Source: a virus (lineage: Duplodnaviria > Heunggongvirae > Uroviricota > Caudoviricetes). From it: a stretch of 57,045 bases of DNA. Below the pieces are notes generated by a model, which saw nothing but the letters and a program-made list of their open reading frames with translations, ran no database searches and was not told the DNA's origin. Position 1 is the stretch's first letter. Every line of letters starts with the position of its first letter. A program made the translations under genes and the position numbers. The DNA lies in IMG/VR virus record IMGVR_UViG_3300012983_000003, positions 64,001 through 121,045 of that record. One strand, written 5' to 3'. Shown piece after piece: positions 44,708 to 54,148 of this stretch.

Positions 44708-45730
44708 TTAAAGGTCGGTAAGGTTCTTCTTGTCAGGAGCAGAAATATCTCCGTTCTTGAAGTACATTCCGATTTCTTCATCAGCGTCAATATCTTTATA
44801 AAGTCGCACCATATCACCGCTTTCCCAATTTACGATGCTTTGGATAACACCGTCTGGAATACCAGCCTTGGATAAACTTGTGGTGAAATAGTGTCGGAGT
44901 GAGTGCAAATAAGCTTCTTTACCCGAAAGCCTACTATATGTATTTGAAAAACTATTCGCGGTAGAAATTTGCATAGGCTCATTCAGCTTGGTTTTGTTCG
45001 GGAATAACCACTCACTCTCAATTCCAAGTCTTTTTCTTTCTTCCATCCACATATCGAGGTATGGTTTAAATTTCTTGGCGAGTGTATAACAGTTTATATA
45101 CTTACCAAGACCGCGACCTTTTGTTTTCAGCGGGGCGCTCTTATATAACGCACCGTCGCACACGAGCTTATCATCGTCAAAATCCGAAACCTTAAAAATA
45201 CAAAGTTCCGCTTTACGACGACCGCTATACATACCTAAAGCAAGGTAGCAAGCCTGCTCATATTTTTTCTTCTTAACCAATACATCAAGAAGGTTCTCAA
45301 GTTCCTCGTCTTCCCATACCGTCTTTTCTCTCACGGGTCGGTTTACGGGGTTCTCAACCTTGTTAACGATGTTTCTGAAATTTGGATACTCGTCATCTAA
45401 TACATTACTGATGTAATTACTCAGAGACGATAACGCTGCTTTCAGCCTACGAATTCGCGCAGGGCTATTTTCGTTATTGTTAAGAAGCCAGTTTTGATAT
45501 GCTACAACATTGCGTTTTGTCCAATGCACGAAATATGTATTGTTGTTATGTTCCAAACACCACACGAACGCAATTTGAATATCGTTTTCATACCCTCGGA
45601 TTGTGGTTTCACTACGCTGAACAGAGCGTAGATAGTCCAAGAAATCCGTGAGTAATTGTTTATTCTCTGGATTAACTTGCGCCCATAATTCTGGCGAAGT
45701 AATCGAATTCATTTTAGTAGCACGCGCCAT
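44708..45730 (-). CDS. Tyrosine recombinase
   Basis: SGRRKAEL, KTKG, HSLRHY, W..Y catalytic set; SAM-like N-terminus. Confidence 0.9.
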   Translation of the reverse strand: MARATKMNSITSPELWAQVNPENKQLLTDFLDYLRSVQRSETTIRGYENDIQIAFVWCLEHNNNTYFVHWTKRNVVAYQNWLLNNNENSPARIRRLKAALSSLSNYISNVLDDEYPNFRNIVNKVENPVNRPVREKTVWEDEELENLLDVLVKKKKYEQACYLALGMYSGRRKAELCIFKVSDFDDDKLVCDGALYKSAPLKTKGRGLGKYINCYTLAKKFKPYLDMWMEERKRLGIESEWLFPNKTKLNEPMQISTANSFSNTYSRLSGKEAYLHSLRHYFTTSLSKAGIPDGVIQSIVNWESGDMVRLYKDIDADEEIGMYFKNGDISAPDKKNLTDL

Positions 45731-45817
45731 AACGCAAGTCACCTCCTTATATAATAAAAGGAGCCAGACGCATCCGACTCCTTTAGGTGTAGTCCGCAGA
45801 CATCCACCGCAATTCCG

Positions 45818-47017
45818 TTATTCGATTTTTAAAGAAATATCATAATGACAGATAATTCCCTTATCTGTGCAAACACACACCATCTGTTCGGGTTGCCCAA
45901 AAATACGCTTTTGAACACAGTATGGGTCAACACCCAAGAATGAACCAGCCATAATGGTTTTGATGCCCTGAACAGTGTCAACTTTGTTATGGTGCATATG
46001 ACCAGATAACACGCCGTATAACTGTACGCCGGTCATAGTTTGTAGTGCTTGTACTTTTGCAGGAGAACCATCAAAATCTCCGTGCACGCCGCAATATTTT
46101 TGCCCGCGAATGTCTATAAGATACATCGTTGGGTCGATGCGACTATCTGTATCGATAAAGATATTGTCAAAATTTTGAAGTCTTGCAGATAAATACCAAT
46201 CAATCAGGTCATCAAGCCTTTCTTCAATTAACGCATTATCTTTATTCTTTTCAATACGACTGTGATTACCAGAAACACTCACAAATCTTACGGTTTTGAA
46301 GTGCTTGCTTAATTCCGCGAGGAATTCAGAAATTAACTCCGAAACACCCATAAGCTGAGCGATAGTGTTTTCCTTGTTTGTAACTTGGATACTATTATGA
46401 ATGTAACCAGATATAGCATCACCGTTTTCCCAAACAATACAGTTTTCGCTTCTGTGTGTTTCTGCAATATGTATGATGTTATCGAGATATAGATTGAGCA
46501 TCTCTCGACAAATATCCGAATTGTATGTTCCCCAATAATTAGAGTGAGTAGCGCCGTAGTGCATATCATTTAAACTAACGAGCAAGTCGTTGTTTGAGGA
46601 CTCTATATTATTAGGAGTATAGTTTAAAGACGGAAGATTACCTTTTTGGATTTCGTCTATTAAAATCTCATTTAGCTCTTCCTGTCGCGAACGCTCTCTA
46701 ACAATTTTATTAAAAGCATTGCGTTGGTCATAAAATTTCTGACGCTCCTTGCGAAGCTCTATCATTTTGATGTCGAGCTCGCTTAAAATTTCATCACTTT
46801 TAATCGTGCTTACTCTCTCAGCGTCTAATAGTTCCAATGTTCTACGACTTCCGTATAACATTCGACGAGCAACATCGCTTGAATATGATTGTCCATAGAC
46901 TAATTCTGAAAGTTCGGTATAGTCCATATCTGCGAGCGTTTTATCTACGAGCTTACCATAGACCAGTCTTTTATGATAGTCTAAGGCAGTTTCGTTAGGA
47001 TTTCGCTCTATTTGTAT
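45818..47017 (-). CDS. Calcineurin-like metallophosphoesterase
   Basis: DMHYG, GD, GNHSR, HGD, GHMHH. The frame stays open 30 codons above ATG 46927; only CTG (47026) or ATA (47017/47011) starts are available before an in-frame TAA. Confidence 0.85.
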   Translation of the reverse strand: MQIERNPNETALDYHKRLVYGKLVDKTLADMDYTELSELVYGQSYSSDVARRMLYGSRRTLELLDAERVSTIKSDEILSELDIKMIELRKERQKFYDQRNAFNKIVRERSRQEELNEILIDEIQKGNLPSLNYTPNNIESSNNDLLVSLNDMHYGATHSNYWGTYNSDICREMLNLYLDNIIHIAETHRSENCIVWENGDAISGYIHNSIQVTNKENTIAQLMGVSELISEFLAELSKHFKTVRFVSVSGNHSRIEKNKDNALIEERLDDLIDWYLSARLQNFDNIFIDTDSRIDPTMYLIDIRGQKYCGVHGDFDGSPAKVQALQTMTGVQLYGVLSGHMHHNKVDTVQGIKTIMAGSFLGVDPYCVQKRIFGQPEQMVCVCTDKGIICHYDISLKIE

Positions 47018-47207
47018 GGTCTCCAGCCCCTTTCTTTACCGCCTTGTTACCCTGATTACGAACTTCATCAAGGTATTTCATTACACCCTTGGACTCCTCG
47101 CAATAGTAACGATGGCGTTTAGATTTCTGCTTCATTGTTCTAACGATATGAGCCTTCGGGAAGCGCTTTACAATAGCTTCTTTTTCTTGTTTAGAAATAG
47201 CAATCAT
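46995..47207 (-). CDS. Small basic hypothetical protein
   Basis: 70 aa, K/R-rich (KQKSKRHRYY). Confidence 0.65.
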   Translation of the reverse strand: MIAISKQEKEAIVKRFPKAHIVRTMKQKSKRHRYYCEESKGVMKYLDEVRNQGNKAVKKGAGDHTNRAKS

Positions 47208-47240
47208 TATTAAAATTCAATCCTTTTCTTCAAATTATTT

Positions 47241-47771
47241 TTATGGGTACTCGCAAGTAAATCGCAAACTTAAAGTACCATTATAGTTACCTGCCGTTAC
47301 GGCACCACCTTCTAAAGACACAGGGCATCCGAGGTCAAAATAGCAAATCTCGGTCGGGTCAGCAGAACCCATAGTGCTGTGAAATTTATGTAATAGTTTG
47401 GTACTACCATCCATTACGCCCTCGCTTGTTGTTACCACCACAGAGATTGCATTACCAGTTGTCTCGTAATTGTCTGCATACAAAGTAATTCGGCTCTGGT
47501 CGTCGGCATTAGTAACATAGCAACTTAACGCATAGTTAGAGTCAAAATTGGACATATCAGCGTGGATTTGGTTCTGTTGATTTGTCATAATAAACACAGG
47601 AACACTAACGCTGTATGTACTATAGGCATAGTGTCCTACACCAACATCAACGAGATAATCTTCGCCACCAGCGACATTTAATGTTCCACTGTCAACTTGC
47701 GCGCTTGCGGTTATTGCGGTTGGTATAATCAGTAATACCATACAAAGTAAAATTGCTAACAATCTTTTCAT
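47241..47771 (-). CDS. Secreted beta-sandwich protein (signal peptide; WxL/pilin-like C-terminus)
   Basis: MKRLLAILLCMVLLIIPTAITASA signal peptide; YSVSVP and C-terminal AGNYNGTLSLRF strand. Confidence 0.6.
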   Translation of the reverse strand: MKRLLAILLCMVLLIIPTAITASAQVDSGTLNVAGGEDYLVDVGVGHYAYSTYSVSVPVFIMTNQQNQIHADMSNFDSNYALSCYVTNADDQSRITLYADNYETTGNAISVVVTTSEGVMDGSTKLLHKFHSTMGSADPTEICYFDLGCPVSLEGGAVTAGNYNGTLSLRFTCEYP

Positions 47772-47787
47772 AAGTCTTACACTCCTT

Positions 47788-48306
47788 TTATTCTACTAAC
47801 GACCTAATTTCAATCGGAAATTCATACCGTGTTAGCGGGGTATGTTGGTCGTCTAATGTGCAACAGGTATATACCATTAAAGCATTACGATAGAGACCTT
47901 CGTTAAGTTTTTGTGTAAACTCGGCAGAAGTAATCGTCTCTGCTGGGTAGATATAATCGGATGTGTAAAGCTTTGTGCCGTCGTTCAAATAAATATCAAC
48001 GACGAATACATACTTATTGCCTGACGGATTTAAGATATTTAGTTTTTGGCGTGTAGTATTGCTTTTAACTACAATTCCGGTAGTTGCCGGAATTACAACA
48101 TTATTATCCTGTTGTGCCGCCGTGAAACCGCCGTCGCCATTAAACTGTATATCTGGTAAAGATGGCTTCTGGTATTTACCGTCATTACCATTGCCAAATT
48201 TCAGCGCTAAAATCAAAGCCACGATAAGTATTAGAGCAATACAAATCACGATAACAACCTTGGTTTTAGAGCCGCGGAAAATAAATTTAGATATATTTCC
48301 TTTCAT
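47788..48306 (-). CDS. Membrane-anchored extracellular Ig-like protein
   Basis: Basic N-terminus + single TM helix, then NP..N.Y.F...LY.S..I.P...L..G.Y beta-rich domain. Confidence 0.6.
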   Translation of the reverse strand: MKGNISKFIFRGSKTKVVIVICIALILIVALILALKFGNGNDGKYQKPSLPDIQFNGDGGFTAAQQDNNVVIPATTGIVVKSNTTRQKLNILNPSGNKYVFVVDIYLNDGTKLYTSDYIYPAETITSAEFTQKLNEGLYRNALMVYTCCTLDDQHTPLTRYEFPIEIRSLVE

Positions 48307-48324
48307 TATAGCACCTCATCAAGT

Positions 48325-48363
48325 GGGGTTAAAACCGTTGCTACACAACGGTTTTTAGACCCC
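48325..48363. other. Inverted repeat between the RNA polymerase operon and the secreted pair
   Basis: Perfect 10-bp stem AAAACCGTTG/CAACGGTTTT with a 5-nt loop, extended by GGGGT/ACCCC. Confidence 0.55.
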
Positions 48364-48379
48364 TATTTTTTCCAACAAA

Positions 48380-49150
48380 TCAGTTTTTAACACCGTCTTG
48401 AAATCGTTGTCTCATAACAGAATTTATATTCTGTTGCATCTTTATCTCAAGAGCGCAGTCTGCACAATATTTTAAATTACGACCAACCGATGTGTTTTGT
48501 TTTAAAACAAGTCCACAGTTTGCACATTCAAAATACGGTTCTCCGTGATACTTCAAATACTGATAGCCAAGATTACGGAAGTCGGTGATAGTCATTACGG
48601 TCTCGCCGTCTTCGATAAAACACACTCTAACATTTGTATTATCAACCCTACGAGAGAACTGCACCATACCAAGTTCATTGAGGTTGTAATACATCAAGCT
48701 CTGGCGCTTGATAGAAGTGTTGATGTTTGCCATTCTCATTATCTCGCTATCCTTATTATTAACCCAACTATCGCAGTTCGGATTTACAAGGTTCCAATAC
48801 TTAGCGAGACAGAGAAGCGTAAACGCGAGACGGCGAACTTGTTTACCCTCTAACGCATCAATTTTTGCCATTTCGGGTGCGGTGATTTCTATACCATCAA
48901 TTTGGATAGCGTCATACTTTAATGCTCGGTTTAAAGCCAACTCAAGTGTATCAGCCCACTTCGGCAAAGACGCGGTTGGTTCGCACTGTAATAAGAATTG
49001 CTCAGTTGCTTTTCTTGCTTCCTTTTTGCCATAGTCTTTATCTAAATAATATTTCGCAACACGACATAAGGTCTCAAATGGTTTCTTACCGAGATTACGA
49101 GTTTCAATACATTCTCTTGCCCAATCGTGTTCGTTCAAAACAATAGTCAT
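48380..49150 (-). CDS. Hypothetical protein coupled to the RNA polymerase gene, C-terminal Zn finger
   Basis: ATGA overlap with the YonO-like stop; CANC...CADC. Confidence 0.7.
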   Translation of the reverse strand: MTIVLNEHDWARECIETRNLGKKPFETLCRVAKYYLDKDYGKKEARKATEQFLLQCEPTASLPKWADTLELALNRALKYDAIQIDGIEITAPEMAKIDALEGKQVRRLAFTLLCLAKYWNLVNPNCDSWVNNKDSEIMRMANINTSIKRQSLMYYNLNELGMVQFSRRVDNTNVRVCFIEDGETVMTITDFRNLGYQYLKYHGEPYFECANCGLVLKQNTSVGRNLKYCADCALEIKMQQNINSVMRQRFQDGVKN

Positions 49151-51882
49151 TCACTCACCTCGATTTTGATAGTCTCGACAATAAATTTGTTCTCACAGAA
49201 CTCTATGTCGCCATCGCTATCGAGTGTAGGGTAAGAAATCTGATTGTCGTTTCGTTGTAATAAATTATGTATAATTTCGGAGCCACACATACTCCAAGCA
49301 AAACGCTTGGTTGAATTTCTGGTGTAGCAGATATCAAGAATAATGTTACAAAGTGTATTCTTATTAGGACAAATTTTGTAACACTCTTTACGGAACTCGT
49401 CGTTCATCACAGATAATGCAATAAATGAGTCGCAGTCATCAATGCGTTCGTAGTCCGCGAAAATTGCATAACTTGCAAGTCGCTTATTATAATCATCATA
49501 CAGACGCTTAATCGAATTAAACTGCTTGGTTGTGTACTCGTCTTCGCTCCTCATAATAGAGTAATCGAATTTAATAACAGAGTTATGCTTACCGATATGT
49601 CCGTCGAATTCGTCCTCAAAACGCCAGCATATCTTGTTCATAACGCAAGGATTGATACCAACCGGCAAACGAAAATCGTAATATCTTAAGAACTCTTCCT
49701 GACGCTCGGTTAGGTCTGATTTCGGAATTGCCTTTAACTCAGCAACGGTCATTTGAAACTCTCGCAAAGCGTTCTTGTCTGTGTTTTTAATGTAAGTGTT
49801 ATACTGCTTACTTAACATAGGATAGATATATCGCATAAAGTAAGGCTTCTTATCGGCGACAATATTGCGTTGGAATTTGGCATCACCCTCGCTCTTATTA
49901 GCAGCGTGTCGGTCATACCATAACCTCGGCATAGGTTTACACACAATTCCTTTAGCTTTGTCAATCGCGTTTTGCTGATATAGCTGACCGCATCGAATAC
50001 GGTATGACAGAGTATCATATTCCTCTGACCCTTTTTCAAAACGAGCACGAACCTCAAACATAGATGTAATCCAGTTTGTAGTCTGACCGATGTCATTGCC
50101 AAAACTCTCGATATTGGAACGAATGAAATCGTCCTCAGTCGGCACTCTCTTTGTTGCTCGTCTCTGGGCGCACATTAACGCAGGTAATGGTTGGAGTTTA
50201 TTCACCAATACCTTATTATCGGTGAGCATCACGAGGTCTCCGTCGAAGTCGCAACCATTTAAAGCACTCGCGGCGGTATCCCAAGAATTGAAAATCGTAC
50301 AAGTAGTCATATACTGATACCAGTAACGAACTTGCTCATTATCAGCGGGTCTCACCAAACGGATATTGTTATGACAGGTCATAGGCGCTCTGAAACACGC
50401 AAGTCTGTCTGCTCCGCGGTCAGCCCAATACTGATTGTAAATTTCACCGTCTTTTAATAATCCAGTAAGCTCAAGACCGAAGATACTCTGGCATAAGGTA
50501 TAGGGGTCGCCAGATACTATGGAGTAGTTTCCGTGAACTTTAAGTACGCCCACCTTAGCCTCGTTAATACGATTACGGATTAACTGATAAATTGTGCTTT
50601 GGACAAACGGGTCGTCAACCATTCGTGGGTCAATCATAATAGCCTTAATAAAGTCATCATCGATGCGACCAATATTATCTGCGTTAAGACCGGCACCCTT
50701 TAAGAAAAGAACAGTCTTTCTCCAGTCACCGCCAAGCACATCTTTTATCTCGTTCATTGTCGGTGAAATTAACTCTTCGATGTCGTTATCATCGAGGTCA
50801 TAACTTTGGATGAACTGATAGTTAAGATTACGCTCTGTCTCAAGTTCTTTCGGACAAGTTTTCGCTATACCGAATGTGTATCCATTCTCTATGGATTTAT
50901 TTATGTAATCTTCGCAACTCTCATAGGAGTCCCAAAGTTTTACCATTGATGTAGTGAGTACGAGTTCGACATTACGAATATCAACTTCGTTACCCCAAGC
51001 ATCTTTAACTATGTATTGTTTTGCTACCTTATCAGCAAAATCCACGAAGTCAAATGTGAACACCATACCTTTCTCAAATGAGAAACGAGTGTTAACACCG
51101 CTAACTCTGTAATCAAGTCCAAGCTCTTCACTCCACTTGTCTGCAAGGCTCGGTAGCATAATACCGTATCCGTCCGATGCGTCCATCTGAATTTTCTCAT
51201 TCTTACGCATCTCCATAACGGGTTCTCCATCGCCCTCGTCTGTGAGATAAATGATGTCGGATAAGAATTCCGTCTCGCAGTCATCAACCACTAAAATACC
51301 GTTAGGTAAAGATACGGGCGTGGACGCGCTACAGGTAAGAGCCTTATAAGCTTCTAACTTTGCAGGCACAAGTTCCGCATCAGGATTTCTGCCGTTGTCA
51401 ATTCTGCGTCGTAACTCATCGGCGTGTTTTTCACTCACGAAAACAATGGTACTGTTTTTGATACCGCCATTAGTTCCGAGCAGGCGCTTGTATTTAATAC
51501 CGTTAATACTGAAACCTCGGCACGCACGGTAGTAGTCTTTTTCTTTATCGATAATCAAGCACATATAGTCTGGTTTGTACTGAAGTTTATCGAGTTTAGT
51601 ATATAACTGCTTAATAACTCTACGATTTTGGACATTATTTGGCTCTTTCCTAATACGCTTGATTTCCTGCTTAATCTCTCGCGCCTGTCTATCCGCATCG
51701 GTAATACCATTCAGTTCATCAATCCATCTAAGCACTTGGCTATCTGCCAACGAAATTACTTCATCATTTCGTCTGGCTTCTTCGATTGGTAAAGTTAGTT
51801 TCCATCTTTCCTTACGCAACCGACTACTGTGTATCTTATAGATATACTTTTGACACACCAACTGTTTCGATATAACAGTCAC
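49147..51882 (-). CDS. yonO: YonO-like single-polypeptide DNA-dependent RNA polymerase (two-barrel / RdRP-like family)
   Basis: Catalytic NGCDFDGD (DFDGD at 50236-50250), DGYG and R.P motifs, ~910 aa, and SPbeta-like neighbourhood. Probable true start is ATA 51873. Confidence 0.9.
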   Translation of the reverse strand: MTVISKQLVCQKYIYKIHSSRLRKERWKLTLPIEEARRNDEVISLADSQVLRWIDELNGITDADRQAREIKQEIKRIRKEPNNVQNRRVIKQLYTKLDKLQYKPDYMCLIIDKEKDYYRACRGFSINGIKYKRLLGTNGGIKNSTIVFVSEKHADELRRRIDNGRNPDAELVPAKLEAYKALTCSASTPVSLPNGILVVDDCETEFLSDIIYLTDEGDGEPVMEMRKNEKIQMDASDGYGIMLPSLADKWSEELGLDYRVSGVNTRFSFEKGMVFTFDFVDFADKVAKQYIVKDAWGNEVDIRNVELVLTTSMVKLWDSYESCEDYINKSIENGYTFGIAKTCPKELETERNLNYQFIQSYDLDDNDIEELISPTMNEIKDVLGGDWRKTVLFLKGAGLNADNIGRIDDDFIKAIMIDPRMVDDPFVQSTIYQLIRNRINEAKVGVLKVHGNYSIVSGDPYTLCQSIFGLELTGLLKDGEIYNQYWADRGADRLACFRAPMTCHNNIRLVRPADNEQVRYWYQYMTTCTIFNSWDTAASALNGCDFDGDLVMLTDNKVLVNKLQPLPALMCAQRRATKRVPTEDDFIRSNIESFGNDIGQTTNWITSMFEVRARFEKGSEEYDTLSYRIRCGQLYQQNAIDKAKGIVCKPMPRLWYDRHAANKSEGDAKFQRNIVADKKPYFMRYIYPMLSKQYNTYIKNTDKNALREFQMTVAELKAIPKSDLTERQEEFLRYYDFRLPVGINPCVMNKICWRFEDEFDGHIGKHNSVIKFDYSIMRSEDEYTTKQFNSIKRLYDDYNKRLASYAIFADYERIDDCDSFIALSVMNDEFRKECYKICPNKNTLCNIILDICYTRNSTKRFAWSMCGSEIIHNLLQRNDNQISYPTLDSDGDIEFCENKFIVETIKIEVSE

Positions 51883-51892
51883 CCCATTTCAT

Positions 51893-51914
51893 ATAGATTA
51901 TATAATTATCTTGA
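51893..51914. promoter_or_regulatory. Operator/promoter-like motif copy A
   Basis: ATAGATTATATAATTATCTTGA, identical to 55124-55145; contains TATAAT on the minus strand just upstream of the RNA polymerase SD. Confidence 0.7.
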
Positions 51915-51925
51915 CTGTCTAAAAA

Positions 51926-52108
51926 TTAAGACATTCTGTCTTCTATGTATTCAAAAAAATCTCTACGGAACTCTTCGCGTCTCTGCTCGATTAACTCATC
52001 GATAGAAGCATCTTCCGCATCGTCGCCGATAGGGGCGTAATTATCACAAACTTCGTCCTCTGAACAGAAATCATTATAGTAGCAGTATTTGCAACTCTTA
52101 TCACTCAA
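51926..52108 (-). CDS. Small Cys-rich acidic protein (60 aa)
   Basis: TTG 52108 after AAAGGAGG; CKYC...C...C. Confidence 0.65.
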   Translation of the reverse strand: MSDKSCKYCYYNDFCSEDEVCDNYAPIGDDAEDASIDELIEQRREEFRRDFFEYIEDRMS

Positions 52109-53345
52109 CGGTGTTTCCTCCTTTACTTGCATTTTCAATCCAGTTAATAAGTAGCGTTCTCATACGCTTACTCGGTATGTATAGGTTTACTTTCTCTCCA
52201 TCACGAATGGCGCTTCGCCAAATCCACTGAACCATAATCGAGAGAGCATAAATATCTTCGTCAACTTCGATGCCGTGCATCTGATAGAATTTCTTTTCGT
52301 TGACATTCATAAATAGGTTCGCAATATACACAAGACAGTTCCTGTCCTTATAGGCGTTAGTCGCCTTTGCGTTAAATGTAAGAAACGCTTTGGTATATCC
52401 CTTGCCCTTTATCTTACTGAACTCGCCATTATAAGAACCCCAGAGTCTTTGGTCGGCGGGAATATCTCTCCAAATATTATTGAAGCAATTATTTACATTC
52501 CTCTTTAACTGCTCGACGCCATCCTCGTTCTTTTTAAACCAGTTCATAGATAAGGCATAGTAATCATCGCCAATGTCGTTTACTTTACCTGTATCCAGAA
52601 TGTTTAGCATATCGCCAAGGTGTGAGACATACTCTGGCGTGTAACCGGGGTACTCACAAAACTGGAACCCAGTGCCACCCTCGGTTCGCTCGATACCGAT
52701 ATACTCATAAGGAATATTGTATATTTCCATAAAGTGATGCAAACTCTGACCCTTAAATAAATAGGTGAGAATAAATACATCCTTAAATGAGGTCAACAAC
52801 TCTGGAGGCAACGCCCAATAGAACAATGTCTTCGCGCCCTTATCCTCAATACGAATAAGCTCACGAGATTTCATCAGCGTGAATAACTCAGCAAGAGCCT
52901 TACCCTTGTAGTCCTCACGAGCTATGGAATACATACCGTTATTCTCGGCAATATATCCAGCCTCGACTGCAAGTTGCAGGTCGTTCGGGTGGAAGTCGAA
53001 TACTTCCAGTACATCAACATTCTCGTCGATGATGAGGGTGTATCCCTGTTCTCGAATACTCTCGAGTGTACTCGGGGTGTAACCCTTAAACGCTTGGTGG
53101 GTGGTTGTAATATTTCGTCCCTCTTTAATGAGAGCAGCCGTGTGGGTTGACTTCCTAAAATCGTATTGCTTCAATTTATTGCTTGGTTCTACAAACCTGA
53201 GATTTGGGCAACCCTTTCTAATACGGTTCGCTTCATCGAGGTACGGAGTTATGTATATGAACTTCTCGTCGCTATGCTCGTTCATATACGCAATAGCAGA
53301 CTGACTCTTGCCTGTGCCCATAATAGCATCACAAACTCTGACTAT
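52101..53345 (-). CDS. SF2 helicase-like P-loop ATPase
   Basis: Walker A DAIMGTGKS, Walker B LIIDE, QWIWRSAIR motif VI. The beta-strand before the P-loop requires a start at ATA 53345, upstream of the tracked ATG 53321. Confidence 0.75.
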   Translation of the reverse strand: MVRVCDAIMGTGKSQSAIAYMNEHSDEKFIYITPYLDEANRIRKGCPNLRFVEPSNKLKQYDFRKSTHTAALIKEGRNITTTHQAFKGYTPSTLESIREQGYTLIIDENVDVLEVFDFHPNDLQLAVEAGYIAENNGMYSIAREDYKGKALAELFTLMKSRELIRIEDKGAKTLFYWALPPELLTSFKDVFILTYLFKGQSLHHFMEIYNIPYEYIGIERTEGGTGFQFCEYPGYTPEYVSHLGDMLNILDTGKVNDIGDDYYALSMNWFKKNEDGVEQLKRNVNNCFNNIWRDIPADQRLWGSYNGEFSKIKGKGYTKAFLTFNAKATNAYKDRNCLVYIANLFMNVNEKKFYQMHGIEVDEDIYALSIMVQWIWRSAIRDGEKVNLYIPSKRMRTLLINWIENASKGGNTVE

Positions 53346-53359
53346 AAATCACACCACCC

Positions 53360-53905
53360 TTACTGAACAAAATGAACATCCTTAATATACTTCCAATCAA
53401 TATATTTGGTGAGCCATACACCATTTTCTGATAGATAAAACCTCCGTCCGTCGTCAGACATTCGTTTAGTATCAACCGCCAACACAACACACTTACCGTG
53501 CCTACTGCCCACGCTTACCGCTGTATCTAAATCTTTAGATAAATGAACATATAAACGACTCATAGACTTGATACCTTGGTGCTTAATGTTATCTAAAAAT
53601 TTTGTAGCAGTACCGTGATATAGGATGTCGGGCGGCTTGGCTTCTTTCAATTCGACATTGACTTTAACGCTATGACCTTGATTAGCACGGATTAGTTCCT
53701 TACTCTCGTTAAACGAGTATCTTCCTTTATTATCCGTTCGCACAATCTCTTCAAGCATCTCCATATTGATAGTTCTACCAGAGCCGTTAATACCATCAAT
53801 CAACTCTTTAACATTTGCCCAACCGTGTTCATCCAAGGTAATGCCTATTACATCGGGCTTGTGTCGAAGAATAAGACTAATAAAGATACTTAATCTTTCA
53901 TCCAC
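53360..53905 (-). CDS. kptA: RNA 2'-phosphotransferase (Tpt1/KptA)
   Basis: LILRH, GWA, D.KGRY, IRANQGHS, LYHGT, M.R.YVHLS, VG.RHG, SENGVWL. Confidence 0.93.
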   Translation of the reverse strand: MDERLSIFISLILRHKPDVIGITLDEHGWANVKELIDGINGSGRTINMEMLEEIVRTDNKGRYSFNESKELIRANQGHSVKVNVELKEAKPPDILYHGTATKFLDNIKHQGIKSMSRLYVHLSKDLDTAVSVGSRHGKCVVLAVDTKRMSDDGRRFYLSENGVWLTKYIDWKYIKDVHFVQ

Positions 53906-53942
53906 TTGATAACACCTCCTAAAACAAACTTAACACTTCGCA

Positions 53943-54125
53943 TTATCTAAATATTTTACCGAGCCAAAAACTCAAGGCGTCATACCACCGATAACGAAAA
54001 CACTTATGTGGTCGCGGAGTATCCACACACGGAAACCCTTGGATGCGACCGCTAATCGAACATCGGTAGTAACCTTTCGGTTCGTTAGTTACCTTACAAT
54101 TTTTACACACCTTAAACAACGCTAT
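53943..54125 (-). CDS. Small Cys-rich protein (58-60 aa)
   Basis: AAAGGAGG SD, then ATA 54125 or TTG 54119; FKVCKNC...YYRC...FPC...HKC. Not in the ORF track. Confidence 0.55.
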   Translation of the reverse strand: MALFKVCKNCKVTNEPKGYYRCSISGRIQGFPCVDTPRPHKCFRYRWYDALSFWLGKIFR

Positions 54126-54148
54126 ATAAACCTCCTTTGCGGATTAGT

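Noticed and set aside
45743-45817. Possible tRNA or ncRNA in intergenic hairpins (here and at 53906-54295)
   Set aside because: No cloverleaf or TTCGA T-loop pattern; part of the second region is a small Cys-rich ORF.
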